A stretch of 64,000 bases of DNA. Source: Candidatus Flemingiibacterium sp. GTDB lineage: Bacteria; Bacillota; Clostridia; Oscillospirales; CAG-272. A model generated the notes under the pieces. It saw only the letters and a program-made list of their open reading frames with translations. It had not been told where the DNA came from and ran no database searches. This document shows, piece after piece, positions 26,732 to 36,270 of the stretch. Location of the stretch: the NCBI GenBank assembly GCA_045634005.1, contig JAZQZL010000069.1, positions 3,075 to 67,074 of the forward strand. The letters are read 5' to 3'. The position numbers were made by a program, and so were the translations under genes. The number at the start of each line of letters is the position of its first letter. Position 1 is the stretch's first letter.

Positions 26732-27691
26732 ATGGCACTTGTAACAACTAAAGAAATGTTCAAGAAGGCATACGAGGGCGGCTACGCTATCGGTGCTTTC
26801 AACATCAACAACATGGAGATCGTTCAGGCGATCACCGAGGCTGCAGGCGAGGCTAAGTCCCCCGTTATCCTTCAGGTTTCCGCTGGCGCAAGAAAGTACG
26901 CTAAGCAGGAATACCTCCTCGCTCTTGCTAACGCAGCTATCAAGGATGCAGGCGTTGACCTCGCACTCCACCTTGACCACGGCGCAGACTTCGAGATCTG
27001 CAAGGCTTGCATCGACGGCGGCTTTACCTCCGTTATGATCGACGGCTCTCACCATTCCTTCGAGGACAACATCGAGGTTACCAAGAAGGTTGTTGAATAC
27101 GCACACGAACGTGGCGTAGTAGTTGAGGGTGAGCTCGGCGTTTTAGCCGGCGTTGAGGACGACGTAGTTGCTGAAAAGTCCTCCTACACCCGTCCTGATG
27201 AGGTTGAGGAGTTCGTTTCCCGCACCGGCGTTGACTCCCTCGCAATCTCTATCGGTACCTCCCATGGCGCATACAAGTTCACTCCCGCTCAGTGCACCAG
27301 AAATGAGCAGGGCATCCTCGTTCCGCCTCCGCTCCGCTTTGATATTCTCGAAGAGATCGCAGAGCGCATTCCCGGCTTCCCGATCGTTCTCCACGGTGCT
27401 TCTTCCGTTCCGCAGGAGTACGTTCAGGAGATCAACTCCATCGGCGGCAAGCTTCCGGATGCTGTAGGTATTCCCGAAGAGCAGCTCCGCCGCGCTGCTT
27501 CCCTCGCAGTTTGCAAGATCAACATCGACTCCGATATCCGTCTTGCTATGACCGCAGGTATCAGACGCGTTCTTACCGAGCAGCCCGACGTATTCGATCC
27601 CAGAACCTACCTCACCGTAGCTCGTGCAGAAGTTAAGAAGATGGTTGCTCACAAGATCAACAACGTTCTCGGTTCTGCAAACACCCTCTAA
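26732..27691 (+). CDS. fba: Class II fructose-1,6-bisphosphate aldolase
   Basis: YAIGAFNINNME, LHLDHG and related blocks; 319 aa. Confidence 0.9.
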   Translation: MALVTTKEMFKKAYEGGYAIGAFNINNMEIVQAITEAAGEAKSPVILQVSAGARKYAKQEYLLALANAAIKDAGVDLALHLDHGADFEICKACIDGGFTSVMIDGSHHSFEDNIEVTKKVVEYAHERGVVVEGELGVLAGVEDDVVAEKSSYTRPDEVEEFVSRTGVDSLAISIGTSHGAYKFTPAQCTRNEQGILVPPPLRFDILEEIAERIPGFPIVLHGASSVPQEYVQEINSIGGKLPDAVGIPEEQLRRAASLAVCKINIDSDIRLAMTAGIRRVLTEQPDVFDPRTYLTVARAEVKKMVAHKINNVLGSANTL

Positions 27692-27705
27692 TTTACAAAC
27701 AAGAC

Positions 27706-27743
27706 ATCGGTGCCGCGGCAAACGTCACGGCACCGATATTTTT
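27706..27743 (+). terminator. Terminator after fba
   Basis: ATCGGTGCCG-N12-CGGCACCGAT followed by ATTTTT. Confidence 0.75.
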
Positions 27744-27762
27744 AAGTATAAGGAGTCCGTCA

Positions 27763-28479
27763 ATGAAGTGGACAGAAAATTACCGCATAAACTCGCACGA
27801 CTGCGATGCCTCGGGTAAGGTGCGCCCTTCCCTCGTGCTTCGTTATATGCAGGAAACAGCTAACCTTCAACTCCATAATCTCGGTCCGACGGCAAAGGAA
27901 CTCGTCGCCGACGATAAGGCGTTTATCTTAAGCCGCATAAACGTCAGCATATACGCGCCGCTTTACGCGTATGAGGACATAACCGTATCCTCGTGGGCGT
28001 GCGAAAGCCGCGGAGTTACGTTCAACCGCTGCTATCAGATGCGTCGCGGCGACGATATAGTTGCGGAAGCGGCATCCGTTTGGGGGCTTATCGGCATCTC
28101 CGACCGAAAGATACACCGCGTCGAGGATATCACTCTCGGTTTTGACGTTGACGAACCGCTCGAGCTTGATGCGCCAAGGCGCGTGCACATTCCGCGCGAG
28201 CTTACACTCTCGCTCGTCGGTGAGCGTCCCATCGTTTACAGCGACCTTGATGCAAATCAGCATATGAACAACACAAACTACCCTGACATGCTCTGCGATT
28301 TCATTCCAGATATGGCAGAAAAGCGCATGCTTGGCTTCAGCATAAGCTTCGCCAACGAGGCAAGGCTCGGCGAAACGCTTAAGGTATATATGCGCGAGAG
28401 CGAGGGCACGTACTATTTCCGTACCGTTCGCTCCGACGGCGCGATAAACGTCGAGGCGATGATAATGATGGAGGATTGA
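27763..28479 (+). CDS. Acyl-ACP thioesterase (FatA/B-like hotdog pair)
   Basis: MKWTENYRINSHDCDASGKVRPS start and DLDANQHMNNTNY motif, both typical of PF01643. Confidence 0.8.
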   Translation: MKWTENYRINSHDCDASGKVRPSLVLRYMQETANLQLHNLGPTAKELVADDKAFILSRINVSIYAPLYAYEDITVSSWACESRGVTFNRCYQMRRGDDIVAEAASVWGLIGISDRKIHRVEDITLGFDVDEPLELDAPRRVHIPRELTLSLVGERPIVYSDLDANQHMNNTNYPDMLCDFIPDMAEKRMLGFSISFANEARLGETLKVYMRESEGTYYFRTVRSDGAINVEAMIMMED

Positions 28480-28480
28480 T

Positions 28481-29551
28481 ATGCGCGGTATTATCCTCGC
28501 CCACACAGAAAAATACCCGAAAATGCAGCCGACGGATGCGGTAAAGCTTATCTATCAGGCAACGTTCGGCGGCGGTCATTTAATAAAAAATGAGCAAGCC
28601 GTACTCGAATATCTGCGCCGTGAGTATGCGCAGATAAGCCACAGCGGCGACGCGTTTGTCTGCGAGCCGCTTGGCGAAGTGTCACGCGTTTATCTCGGCG
28701 GAGAGCTTACGGACTTGGAGCTTTCGCTTATCGCGAAGATGTTCTGTGAGTCAGCAAAGCGATATGCCCCGGGATTTGACGCGGCTGAAGAAAGCGTAAA
28801 GGATAAGCTTTTTTCGCGACTTGACACGCTCGCAGAGCTTTGCCGTGAAGGACATTTCTCATTTACACCGGACGAGCTTTCGGCATATCTCGCCGAATAT
28901 GCGGAAGCAGGCTATCCTCCCGTGAGTCACAGCGATGCATACCGCAAGGCATATGCGCCGGCGTACCGCGTTATCGACACAAAATACGTTCCGCTTTTGC
29001 CGCTGATACGGAAGATCGCATCGCTCACCGAAAAATCGGACAAGAGAATCATCATAGCAATAGACGGTCGCTGTGCATCGGGTAAGACCACCGCGGCGGC
29101 ACTTATCGCACCGCTCTTTAACGCAGAGATAATCCATATGGACTACTTTTTCCTGCCACCAGAGCTTCGGGATAATGCGCGACTTTGCGAGGTCGGCGGG
29201 AATATACATTACGAACGGTTTGCAGACGAGGTCGTCCCGCACCTTCGCTCCGAGCACGCCTTTTCGCACCGCGTGTTTGACTGCTCCCGCTTTGCTTATG
29301 CGGATACACCGCACACTGTACAACCTTCGCAAGTTCTCATCATCGAAGGCGTTTACTCTCTCCATCCAAGCTTTGGCAAGTATTACGATATCGCCGCATT
29401 TTACGGCATATCACCCGAAAAGCAGCTTGAGCGTCTTAAGCAGCGCGCAAACGGCGCATTCCTTGAGCGCTTTAAAAACGAATGGATACCGATGGAGGAG
29501 CGTTATTTTGACACCCTCGGCATACGCGATAAATGTGACATAACAATATAA
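28481..29551 (+). CDS. Uridine-kinase-family P-loop kinase with an uncharacterised ~170-aa N-terminal domain
   Basis: C-terminal half has IIIAIDGRCASGKTT (Walker A) and VLIIEGVY, which is Udk/PRK-like. I do not recognise the N-terminal domain. Its start codon lies 1 nt after the thioesterase stop (TGAtATG). Confidence 0.55.
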   Translation: MRGIILAHTEKYPKMQPTDAVKLIYQATFGGGHLIKNEQAVLEYLRREYAQISHSGDAFVCEPLGEVSRVYLGGELTDLELSLIAKMFCESAKRYAPGFDAAEESVKDKLFSRLDTLAELCREGHFSFTPDELSAYLAEYAEAGYPPVSHSDAYRKAYAPAYRVIDTKYVPLLPLIRKIASLTEKSDKRIIIAIDGRCASGKTTAAALIAPLFNAEIIHMDYFFLPPELRDNARLCEVGGNIHYERFADEVVPHLRSEHAFSHRVFDCSRFAYADTPHTVQPSQVLIIEGVYSLHPSFGKYYDIAAFYGISPEKQLERLKQRANGAFLERFKNEWIPMEERYFDTLGIRDKCDITI

Positions 29552-29586
29552 AAAGGCTGTCTGTATGCGCAGACAGCCTTTTTTTG
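29551..29586. terminator. Bidirectional terminator (kinase gene / pfkA)
   Basis: AAAAGGCTGTCTG-N6-CAGACAGCCTTTTTTT. Confidence 0.8.
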
Positions 29587-29594
29587 TTTTATTT

Positions 29595-30662
29595 TTAGTT
29601 CTTACCAAGAGTCATAGCGACGTCCATGAGGTCCTCGATAACTGCCTTCTTCTGAGCACAGCGAACCTTCATAGCCTCAACCTGCTCTGCACTGAACTTC
29701 TCAAGGTCGCTGTCCTTCAGCTTGTTCTTGTACATACGGTCAACAACGAGTGCCCACGCGATATCGGTAGCGATAAGCTTTCCGTCGCGCTCGCAAACTA
29801 CGAGGTCGGACTTGCCCTCAAGGATAAGGTCAACCGCGAAGTCACCCATACGCATAGCGGTAAGTCTGTCGCGAAGTGTGGGAGCTCCGCCGCGTACCAT
29901 ATGTGCAAGGCGAATGAATCTGGAGTCGATGTTAGCCTCTTCGTTCATACGCTTGGTGAGGTTCTCACCAAATCCCTTGGGCATGCCCTCGGAGTGCATA
30001 ACGAGGAAGCTTCTCTGACCCTTCTCACGAAGCTCGATAAGCTTTGCAATGCAAGCGTCCTCATCGAAGGGAAGCTCCTTGACTGCAACTGCGTTAGCGC
30101 CGCAAGCGATACCGCACTCGATAGCGATATAGCCGGCGTCACGTCCCATAACCTCGATAACCTCGCCGCGTGCGTGCGACTCGCAGGTATCTCTGAGGCA
30201 GTCAGCCGCGTGAAGAACGGTGTTCATTGCGGTATCAAAGCCGATGGAATAGTCGGTAGAGGTAATGTCGTTGTCGATGGTGCAAGGAATACCGATGGTG
30301 GGAATACCACGCATAGAAAGGTCGGTAGCACCGCGGAAGGTACCGTCGCCACCGCAGCAGATGATGCCGTCGATGCCGAGCTTCTTACAGGTTTCGATAG
30401 CCTTTGCCATACCTGCCTCGGTAGCGAACTCGTCGCATCTGTCGGAATAAAGAATTGTTCCGCCAAGACCGGAGATGTTAGCAACGTCAAGCGAGGTGAG
30501 CTCACGTACTTCACCGTCTATAAGTCCGCGGTAGCCTTTGCAGATACCTACGACCTCAACGCCGCGAGCAAGAGCCGAGCGTACGACTGCGCGTACAGCC
30601 GCGTTCATACCGGGAGCGTCGCCACCCGAGGTGAGTACACCGATTTTTCTGAATTTTGCCAT
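29595..30662 (-). CDS. pfkA: ATP-dependent 6-phosphofructokinase
   Basis: IGVLTSGGDAPGMNAA, GGDGT and TIDNDI motifs. Confidence 0.9.
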   Translation of the reverse strand: MAKFRKIGVLTSGGDAPGMNAAVRAVVRSALARGVEVVGICKGYRGLIDGEVRELTSLDVANISGLGGTILYSDRCDEFATEAGMAKAIETCKKLGIDGIICCGGDGTFRGATDLSMRGIPTIGIPCTIDNDITSTDYSIGFDTAMNTVLHAADCLRDTCESHARGEVIEVMGRDAGYIAIECGIACGANAVAVKELPFDEDACIAKLIELREKGQRSFLVMHSEGMPKGFGENLTKRMNEEANIDSRFIRLAHMVRGGAPTLRDRLTAMRMGDFAVDLILEGKSDLVVCERDGKLIATDIAWALVVDRMYKNKLKDSDLEKFSAEQVEAMKVRCAQKKAVIEDLMDVAMTLGKN

Positions 30663-30858
30663 AATATTTATCTTCCTTTTTAATGATTTTCACTTATAGG
30701 GATTTCCTGAAGTTAAAAATTTAACCAAATTATATTGTAATATATTTTTCCCAAAAAATCAAGTACCTAAACGACATTTTTTCTATTTTTTCGTAGTTGT
30801 ATCTCCACGCCCCAAAAAACTGTTATATGTCACACAAATATGATAATATGTCACAGCG

Positions 30859-32412
30859 TTAGCGTGCCCTTACCGCTCCGAGCGCCCACCTCACGTCGCT
30901 TTTTGTTAATATTCCCATTGAAAGTAGAAGTGCCGCGTATACTGTCGCCGCGAGCAGCATCGAGCCTATAGTCGAAGCCCACGTCGGCGAAGCGGCACCG
31001 ACGTCGAAAAGCCTTAATACCGCCGCCGCACCAACGGCTGAAAGCATCGGTCCGAAAAGCGAGCCCCAGAGCTTCGCACGAAATCCGCTCACGCGAGTCA
31101 GCCGCCATATACTGAGCGAGGCGTTTGCCACCTCTGCCATGTATATCGTAACGATATATCCCCAGATTCCTATCCTCGGGCATAAGAGATACACGAAAAG
31201 CGTACACATCGCCGCATCGAGAATATTGACCTTCATACAGTATATCTGCTCACCAAGCCCCTTCAGTATCGCATCAACGGCGTGGTCAAGGTACATCACA
31301 GGAATGAGCGGCGCCATAACGCGGATAAATTCGCCTGCCGCCGCACTGTCGTAAATAAGCACGCCAAGCTCATATGCAAACATCGACATTATCGCCGAGC
31401 AGCCCATCGAAAATATAAGCGTAAAAGTGAGTGCGCGCGATATCATATAACGTATGTGCACAGAATTTTGCTTCGCGTCAGCCTCGGCAAATTCGGGAAT
31501 CAAAAGCCCGGTGAAGGAATAAAGAAGCGCCGTCGGGAACATTATGACGGGCATTACCATACCGCAAAGCACGCCGTACGTCGCAAGTGCAGTTTCGGCA
31601 CTTGCAGGATTTTTGCGAAGTCCTCGAGGGATAAGCATATGCTCAAGCGTAGAAAGCCCCGAGCGCACGTACGCCGCCGCGGCAACGGGTACGGTTATGC
31701 CAAAAAGCTCGCGAGTCAGCCGCCGCCCGACCTCACGCGGCACACCTCCCTTCGCCTTTTCGCGCCGGTCAAAAATATAAAGTAAAAGCGCCACTAAAAA
31801 CGATGCCGTCTCGGCGAGCGCGCCCCCGCCGACAAGCGCCATACACGCATATTCTATCCCGTCGGGCACGATATAAAGCATCAAAGTCACGGTAACTCCG
31901 ACCTTGAAAAGCTGCTCAAAAATTTGCGTTGCGGCACTTTTGGCTACCTTTCGTACGGCGGTGAAATATCCGTGAAGCACGTTCGAGGCGGCGATAAAGG
32001 GTAAGCTCAAGGCAAGCAGGCGAAGCGAGCGCGTACAGCGCCCGTCAGCGAGCCAATTCTCTGCGACGTAGTCCGCGCCGAGATACAGCAGCAAGCACGC
32101 TCCGATACCGCATACGCACGCATACGCAAGGCAACGCTTTAGCGCCGCGCACACCTCTCTGCTATCCCCGCGGCCAAGCGCCTCGGCGCACATTCTCGTT
32201 GCGGCAAGGTTAATGCCTGCAGCGGCTAGTGTCACCGAAAGCCCGTAGACGCTCATAATAAGCGTAAAAAGTCCCATACCGTCCGCGCCGAGACGACGCG
32301 AAACGAACGCATTAAACGCCACGCCAAGCACACGCAGCGATAGTGAGGTCACCGTCATAATAAGTCCGTTCAAAATAAACCGACGCAGCACACGCATCTC
32401 TGATACCTCCAA
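30859..32412 (-). CDS. spoVB: MOP-superfamily flippase, SpoVB / MurJ-like (stage V sporulation protein B-like)
   Basis: About 14 predicted TM segments and an N-terminus typical of SpoVB. The gene symbol is a family-level guess. Confidence 0.65.
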   Translation of the reverse strand: MEVSEMRVLRRFILNGLIMTVTSLSLRVLGVAFNAFVSRRLGADGMGLFTLIMSVYGLSVTLAAAGINLAATRMCAEALGRGDSREVCAALKRCLAYACVCGIGACLLLYLGADYVAENWLADGRCTRSLRLLALSLPFIAASNVLHGYFTAVRKVAKSAATQIFEQLFKVGVTVTLMLYIVPDGIEYACMALVGGGALAETASFLVALLLYIFDRREKAKGGVPREVGRRLTRELFGITVPVAAAAYVRSGLSTLEHMLIPRGLRKNPASAETALATYGVLCGMVMPVIMFPTALLYSFTGLLIPEFAEADAKQNSVHIRYMISRALTFTLIFSMGCSAIMSMFAYELGVLIYDSAAAGEFIRVMAPLIPVMYLDHAVDAILKGLGEQIYCMKVNILDAAMCTLFVYLLCPRIGIWGYIVTIYMAEVANASLSIWRLTRVSGFRAKLWGSLFGPMLSAVGAAAVLRLFDVGAASPTWASTIGSMLLAATVYAALLLSMGILTKSDVRWALGAVRAR

Positions 32413-32521
32413 GGCATATACTTTGATAGCCGAATATATCCTATATATACGCCTCTGCGCAATTCAAAATCACATTTTCAATTTATTTACAAATATTTTT
32501 TGAAATTTTTTTAGAAATATC

Positions 32522-32550
32522 TTGCAAACAAGCGAATTATGTAGTATAAT
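32522..32550 (+). promoter_or_regulatory. gdhA promoter
   Basis: TTGCAA, 17 bp, TATAAT. Confidence 0.6.
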
Positions 32551-32612
32551 GGTTACTGTACATTACCATACTAAAATGTGTGGAATCTATTAACAAAAAG
32601 AGGTATATACCT

Positions 32613-33968
32613 ATGGCACTCAAAAACAGCTATCTTGCAAGTGTTTATGAAAACGTTTGCAAAAGAAACCCCGGTGAGACTGAATTCCATCAGACAGTAG
32701 AAGAAGTACTCGAGTCCCTCGAGCCCGTCGCTGAAAGACGCCCCGACCTTATCGAGGCAGGCGTATTCGAGCGTATGGTTGAGCCAGAGCGTCAGATCCA
32801 GTTCAGAGTAAGCTGGGTAGACGATAACGGCAAGGTTCAGGTTAACCGCGGCTATCGCGTACAGTTCAACTCCGCTATCGGTCCTTACAAGGGCGGTATC
32901 AGATTCGCTCCCAACGTTAACGCTTCCATTATGAAGTTCCTCGGCTTTGAGCAGACCTTCAAGAACTCCCTCACCAGCCTTCCTATGGGCGGTGCAAAGG
33001 GTGGCGCTGACTTCGATCCCACCGGAAAGTCCGACGGAGAGATCATGCGCTTCTGCCAGAGCTTCATGACCGAGCTTTCCAAGCACATCGGCGCTGATAC
33101 TGACGTTCCCGCAGGTGACATCGGTGTAGGTGCACGCGAGATCGGTTATATGTACGGTCAGTACAAGAGACTTCGCAACGAGTTCACCGGCGTTCTCACC
33201 GGCAAGGGCTTCTCCTACGGCGGCTCTCTTATCCGTCCCGAGGCTACCGGCTACGGTGCAGTTTACTACGTTGAGAATATGCTCGCTTCCTTCGGCGAAA
33301 AGATCGAGGGCAAGACCTTCGCAGTATCCGGCTTCGGTAACGTCGCTTGGGGTACCGTACAGAAGCTCACCGAGCTTGGCGGTAAGGTTGTTACCATCTC
33401 CGGTCCCGACGGTTACATATACGATAAGGACGGCGTAAGCACTCCCGAGAAGATCGCATATATGCTCGAAATGCGCAACTCCTGCCGCAACAAGGTTCAG
33501 GACTACGCAGACAAATTCGGCGTTCCCTTCTTTGCAGGCCAGAAGCCTTGGGGCGAAAAGGTTGACGTTATTATGCCTTGCGCAACCCAGAACGAGGTTA
33601 ACCTCGACGAGGCAAAGAAGATCGTTGCAAACGGCGTTAAGTACTACGTTGAGGTTTCCAATATGCCTACCACTAACGAGGCTGTTGCATACCTCAAGGC
33701 AAACAAGGTTGTCGTTGCTCCCTCGAAGGCAGTTAACGCAGGCGGCGTATCCGTTTCCGGTCTCGAAATGAGCCAGAACTCTATGCGCTACAGCTGGACG
33801 GCAGAAGAGGTTGATGCAAAGCTCAAGCAGATTATGAAGAACATCTACGATTCTTCCGTTAAGGCAGCTAAGGAATACGGTATGGAAGGCGACCTCGTTG
33901 CAGGCGCTAACATCGCCGGCTTCCTCAAGGTTGCTGAGGCTATGAAGGCTCAGGGTATTGCATACTAA
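32613..33968 (+). CDS. gdhA: NADP-specific glutamate dehydrogenase
   Basis: Start refined to ATG 32613 (MALKNSYL). QFNSAIGPYKGGIRF, GGAKGG and GFGNVAWG motifs. Confidence 0.9.
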   Translation: MALKNSYLASVYENVCKRNPGETEFHQTVEEVLESLEPVAERRPDLIEAGVFERMVEPERQIQFRVSWVDDNGKVQVNRGYRVQFNSAIGPYKGGIRFAPNVNASIMKFLGFEQTFKNSLTSLPMGGAKGGADFDPTGKSDGEIMRFCQSFMTELSKHIGADTDVPAGDIGVGAREIGYMYGQYKRLRNEFTGVLTGKGFSYGGSLIRPEATGYGAVYYVENMLASFGEKIEGKTFAVSGFGNVAWGTVQKLTELGGKVVTISGPDGYIYDKDGVSTPEKIAYMLEMRNSCRNKVQDYADKFGVPFFAGQKPWGEKVDVIMPCATQNEVNLDEAKKIVANGVKYYVEVSNMPTTNEAVAYLKANKVVVAPSKAVNAGGVSVSGLEMSQNSMRYSWTAEEVDAKLKQIMKNIYDSSVKAAKEYGMEGDLVAGANIAGFLKVAEAMKAQGIAY

Positions 33969-33986
33969 TTGAGAAAAACAGCAAAA

Positions 33987-34020
33987 GGACAGAGGATTTA
34001 CTCCTCTGTCCTTCTTTTAT
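33987..34020. terminator. Bidirectional terminator (gdhA / M24 copy 2)
   Basis: GGACAGAGGA-N5-TCCTCTGTCC followed by TTCTTTTATTT. Confidence 0.8.
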
Positions 34021-34029
34021 TTAAGCTTA

Positions 34030-35217
34030 TCAGCAATCGATCTCAAAGAGCTTTCTCGGGTAGTTGGTGAGATTTTCTGCGTAACCGTTCTTTACGCAGA
34101 CAACGTCCTCCATACGAAGACCTGTCTTGGTCTTTGCAGAGCCGAGGAAGATGTCAACGCAGAAGGTCATATTTTCCTCAAGCAAATAATCCGAGGTCGT
34201 TTCGATCCACGGAGCCTCGCCCTCCATAGTGCCGTTACCGTGGCAAGGGCCGTAAAGGAGCCAATCGCCATATCCCATTTTCGTTACGTTTTCGATATGG
34301 AACTTCGCAACGTCGCACGCAGGGGTGCCTGCCTTAAGCATATCGATAACGTCCGCCTGTGCCTTGTAGCCGACCTCGATGAGCTCGCGCTGCTCGTCAG
34401 TCGCCTTGCCGAAAACTGCGGGGCGTCCGATGCTCGAAGCGTAGCCGTCAACTCTCGCGCCGATCTGAAGGAAGGTCATATCGCCCTTCTTTATCTGCTT
34501 GTTTCTCGGACGGCTGATAGCCTGGTTTGAGCCTTCACCGGTGAGCACCCACAGAGGGTACGATTCTCTTTCCGCGCCAAGCTCGTGCATCTTGCCAAGC
34601 GCAAGACCGACCACCTGCTGCTCGGTCATACCGACGCGGATATTCTCGAGCACGTAGTCGAAGGTCTTTGCGGTGATCTCTGCCGCCGCTCTCATACAGG
34701 CAAGCTCGTTCTCGGTCTTTCTCATACGGATGGTGTTTACGATAGCGTCAGCCTTTTCGATCTTCACGTCGCCGTAAACGGAAAGCGACTCGCGAAGTGC
34801 CTCGTAAACGCCGATTGTCATAAGCGGAAGTCCCGCAACACCGAAGCGCTTAACCGACGACTTGCCGAGAAGTCTTTCGAAAACGGTGTTGAATGTGTCG
34901 AGCTTCTTGCCGGGATACTCCGGCTCGGACGACTCTCTGAATGCCTTCAGAAGGCAAATTTCGTCGATCATCGAGCGGTCAGATGCATAGGTGTAGCTCT
35001 CGGGACCGATGAGGAGAAGCGGATCGCCCTCTCTCGGGATAAGCACGCCCGCGGTTTCGAACGAGGGCCAATATGCCGAGAAATAGCGCACGAACTGCGG
35101 CTCGGCCTCGTTGCCGTATGCGAGAATAAGGTCGTAGCCCTCCGCCTTCATAGCAGCCTGAACCTTTTTGACACGCTCCTTGTATTCTTCTCTCGGAATA
35201 GATGGGATGTTAAGCAT
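34030..35217 (-). CDS. M24 family metallohydrolase (creatinase/Xaa-Pro dipeptidase-like), copy 2
   Basis: Start refined to ATG 35215-35217 (MLNIPSIP). Shares RYFS..WP.FE.AGV, GPES, FRES..P.YP, YGPCHG.G and EAPW.ET.S.Y.L.ENMTF with copy 1. Confidence 0.8.
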   Translation of the reverse strand: MLNIPSIPREEYKERVKKVQAAMKAEGYDLILAYGNEAEPQFVRYFSAYWPSFETAGVLIPREGDPLLLIGPESYTYASDRSMIDEICLLKAFRESSEPEYPGKKLDTFNTVFERLLGKSSVKRFGVAGLPLMTIGVYEALRESLSVYGDVKIEKADAIVNTIRMRKTENELACMRAAAEITAKTFDYVLENIRVGMTEQQVVGLALGKMHELGAERESYPLWVLTGEGSNQAISRPRNKQIKKGDMTFLQIGARVDGYASSIGRPAVFGKATDEQRELIEVGYKAQADVIDMLKAGTPACDVAKFHIENVTKMGYGDWLLYGPCHGNGTMEGEAPWIETTSDYLLEENMTFCVDIFLGSAKTKTGLRMEDVVCVKNGYAENLTNYPRKLFEIDC

Positions 35218-35222
35218 AATAT

Positions 35223-36260
35223 TTATTCCTTTCCACACAGCCAATCGGCCGGATTTTTTACTAACATTGTTTTAATATCGTTTTCGCTGATACCCTCGTC
35301 CTCCATCATCGGAACGATGTTGGAGAGCACGTGGTCGTAACCCCAACCGCCGTATGCGTGAAGGAGATTTTTTAGGCATACGTCGCAGGACAAAAGGATC
35401 TGTCCCACGTAGCCGTCGTCGATCATCTTCTTGAGAAGCGCAACTCTGTCCGTGTCGTGAACGAACAGTCCGTAGCCCGAATTGCGGACCTCTCGGCGAA
35501 TGTAGTACTCCTTGCCGAAGTTGTCAAGCTCAACGTAAACGCCTTTTTTAAGAAGCTCGTATATGTACTCGCTGCGGTTTTCAACGTCAATGTGGCTGAT
35601 GCAGATCCTATCGGGTGCAACTCCTTCACCGAGAAGGATATCCGCCGCCTCTATTCCGTTGACTGTCCACGGGTTTATGTGTACGTTGATCGCAACGCCC
35701 GTCGCCTTCTGCGCTATCGCCGCCGCTCGAAGCACCTTGCGCTCCTTATCGTCGAAAATCTCGCTTATGCCGATTTCGCCGATATATCCGGCGCATACGC
35801 CGTCTATACCCTCGTCAAGCTCGCATATCATAAGCTCGGCTACCTCGGCGTCCGTCATCTCGGCAAGCTCTTTCGGATGCGTTTCTCCGACGTAGAAGCC
35901 CGTGCCCATTATAATGTTGAGCCCGGTCTTTTCGGATATACGTGCAAGCGCCGCGGGATCTCTGCCGATACCCGGAAGCGATGCGTCAACCACCGTGTTG
36001 CCGCCTGCATTTTTGAAAAACTCAAGCTCGCGTACGGCAAGCTCCTCGCTGTCGAGAAGCAGATTATCCTTCAGCGCATAACAGTCGCGGCTCAAAATAC
36101 CGAGATTCCACATCTCAACGGGCTGTGTCGCCGGATCGTCTATGCCCTTTATGGGCAACGCCTGATAAAATGCCGTAAGGTCAAGTAATACGTGCTCGTG
36201 TGTCGTCGTGGTTTTAAGCTCGTCACGCGACAGCACCTTGCATACGCTCTTTACGCTCAT
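35223..36260 (-). CDS. Phosphotriesterase-family (PTE/PHP, amidohydrolase superfamily) protein, lactonase-like
   Basis: Start refined to ATG 36258-36260 (MSVKSVCK). TTTHEHVLLDL (HxH metal motif) and the later HID / VELD blocks are typical of PTE homology proteins. Confidence 0.75.
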   Translation of the reverse strand: MSVKSVCKVLSRDELKTTTTHEHVLLDLTAFYQALPIKGIDDPATQPVEMWNLGILSRDCYALKDNLLLDSEELAVRELEFFKNAGGNTVVDASLPGIGRDPAALARISEKTGLNIIMGTGFYVGETHPKELAEMTDAEVAELMICELDEGIDGVCAGYIGEIGISEIFDDKERKVLRAAAIAQKATGVAINVHINPWTVNGIEAADILLGEGVAPDRICISHIDVENRSEYIYELLKKGVYVELDNFGKEYYIRREVRNSGYGLFVHDTDRVALLKKMIDDGYVGQILLSCDVCLKNLLHAYGGWGYDHVLSNIVPMMEDEGISENDIKTMLVKNPADWLCGKE

Positions 36261-36270
36261 ATCTGCCTCC

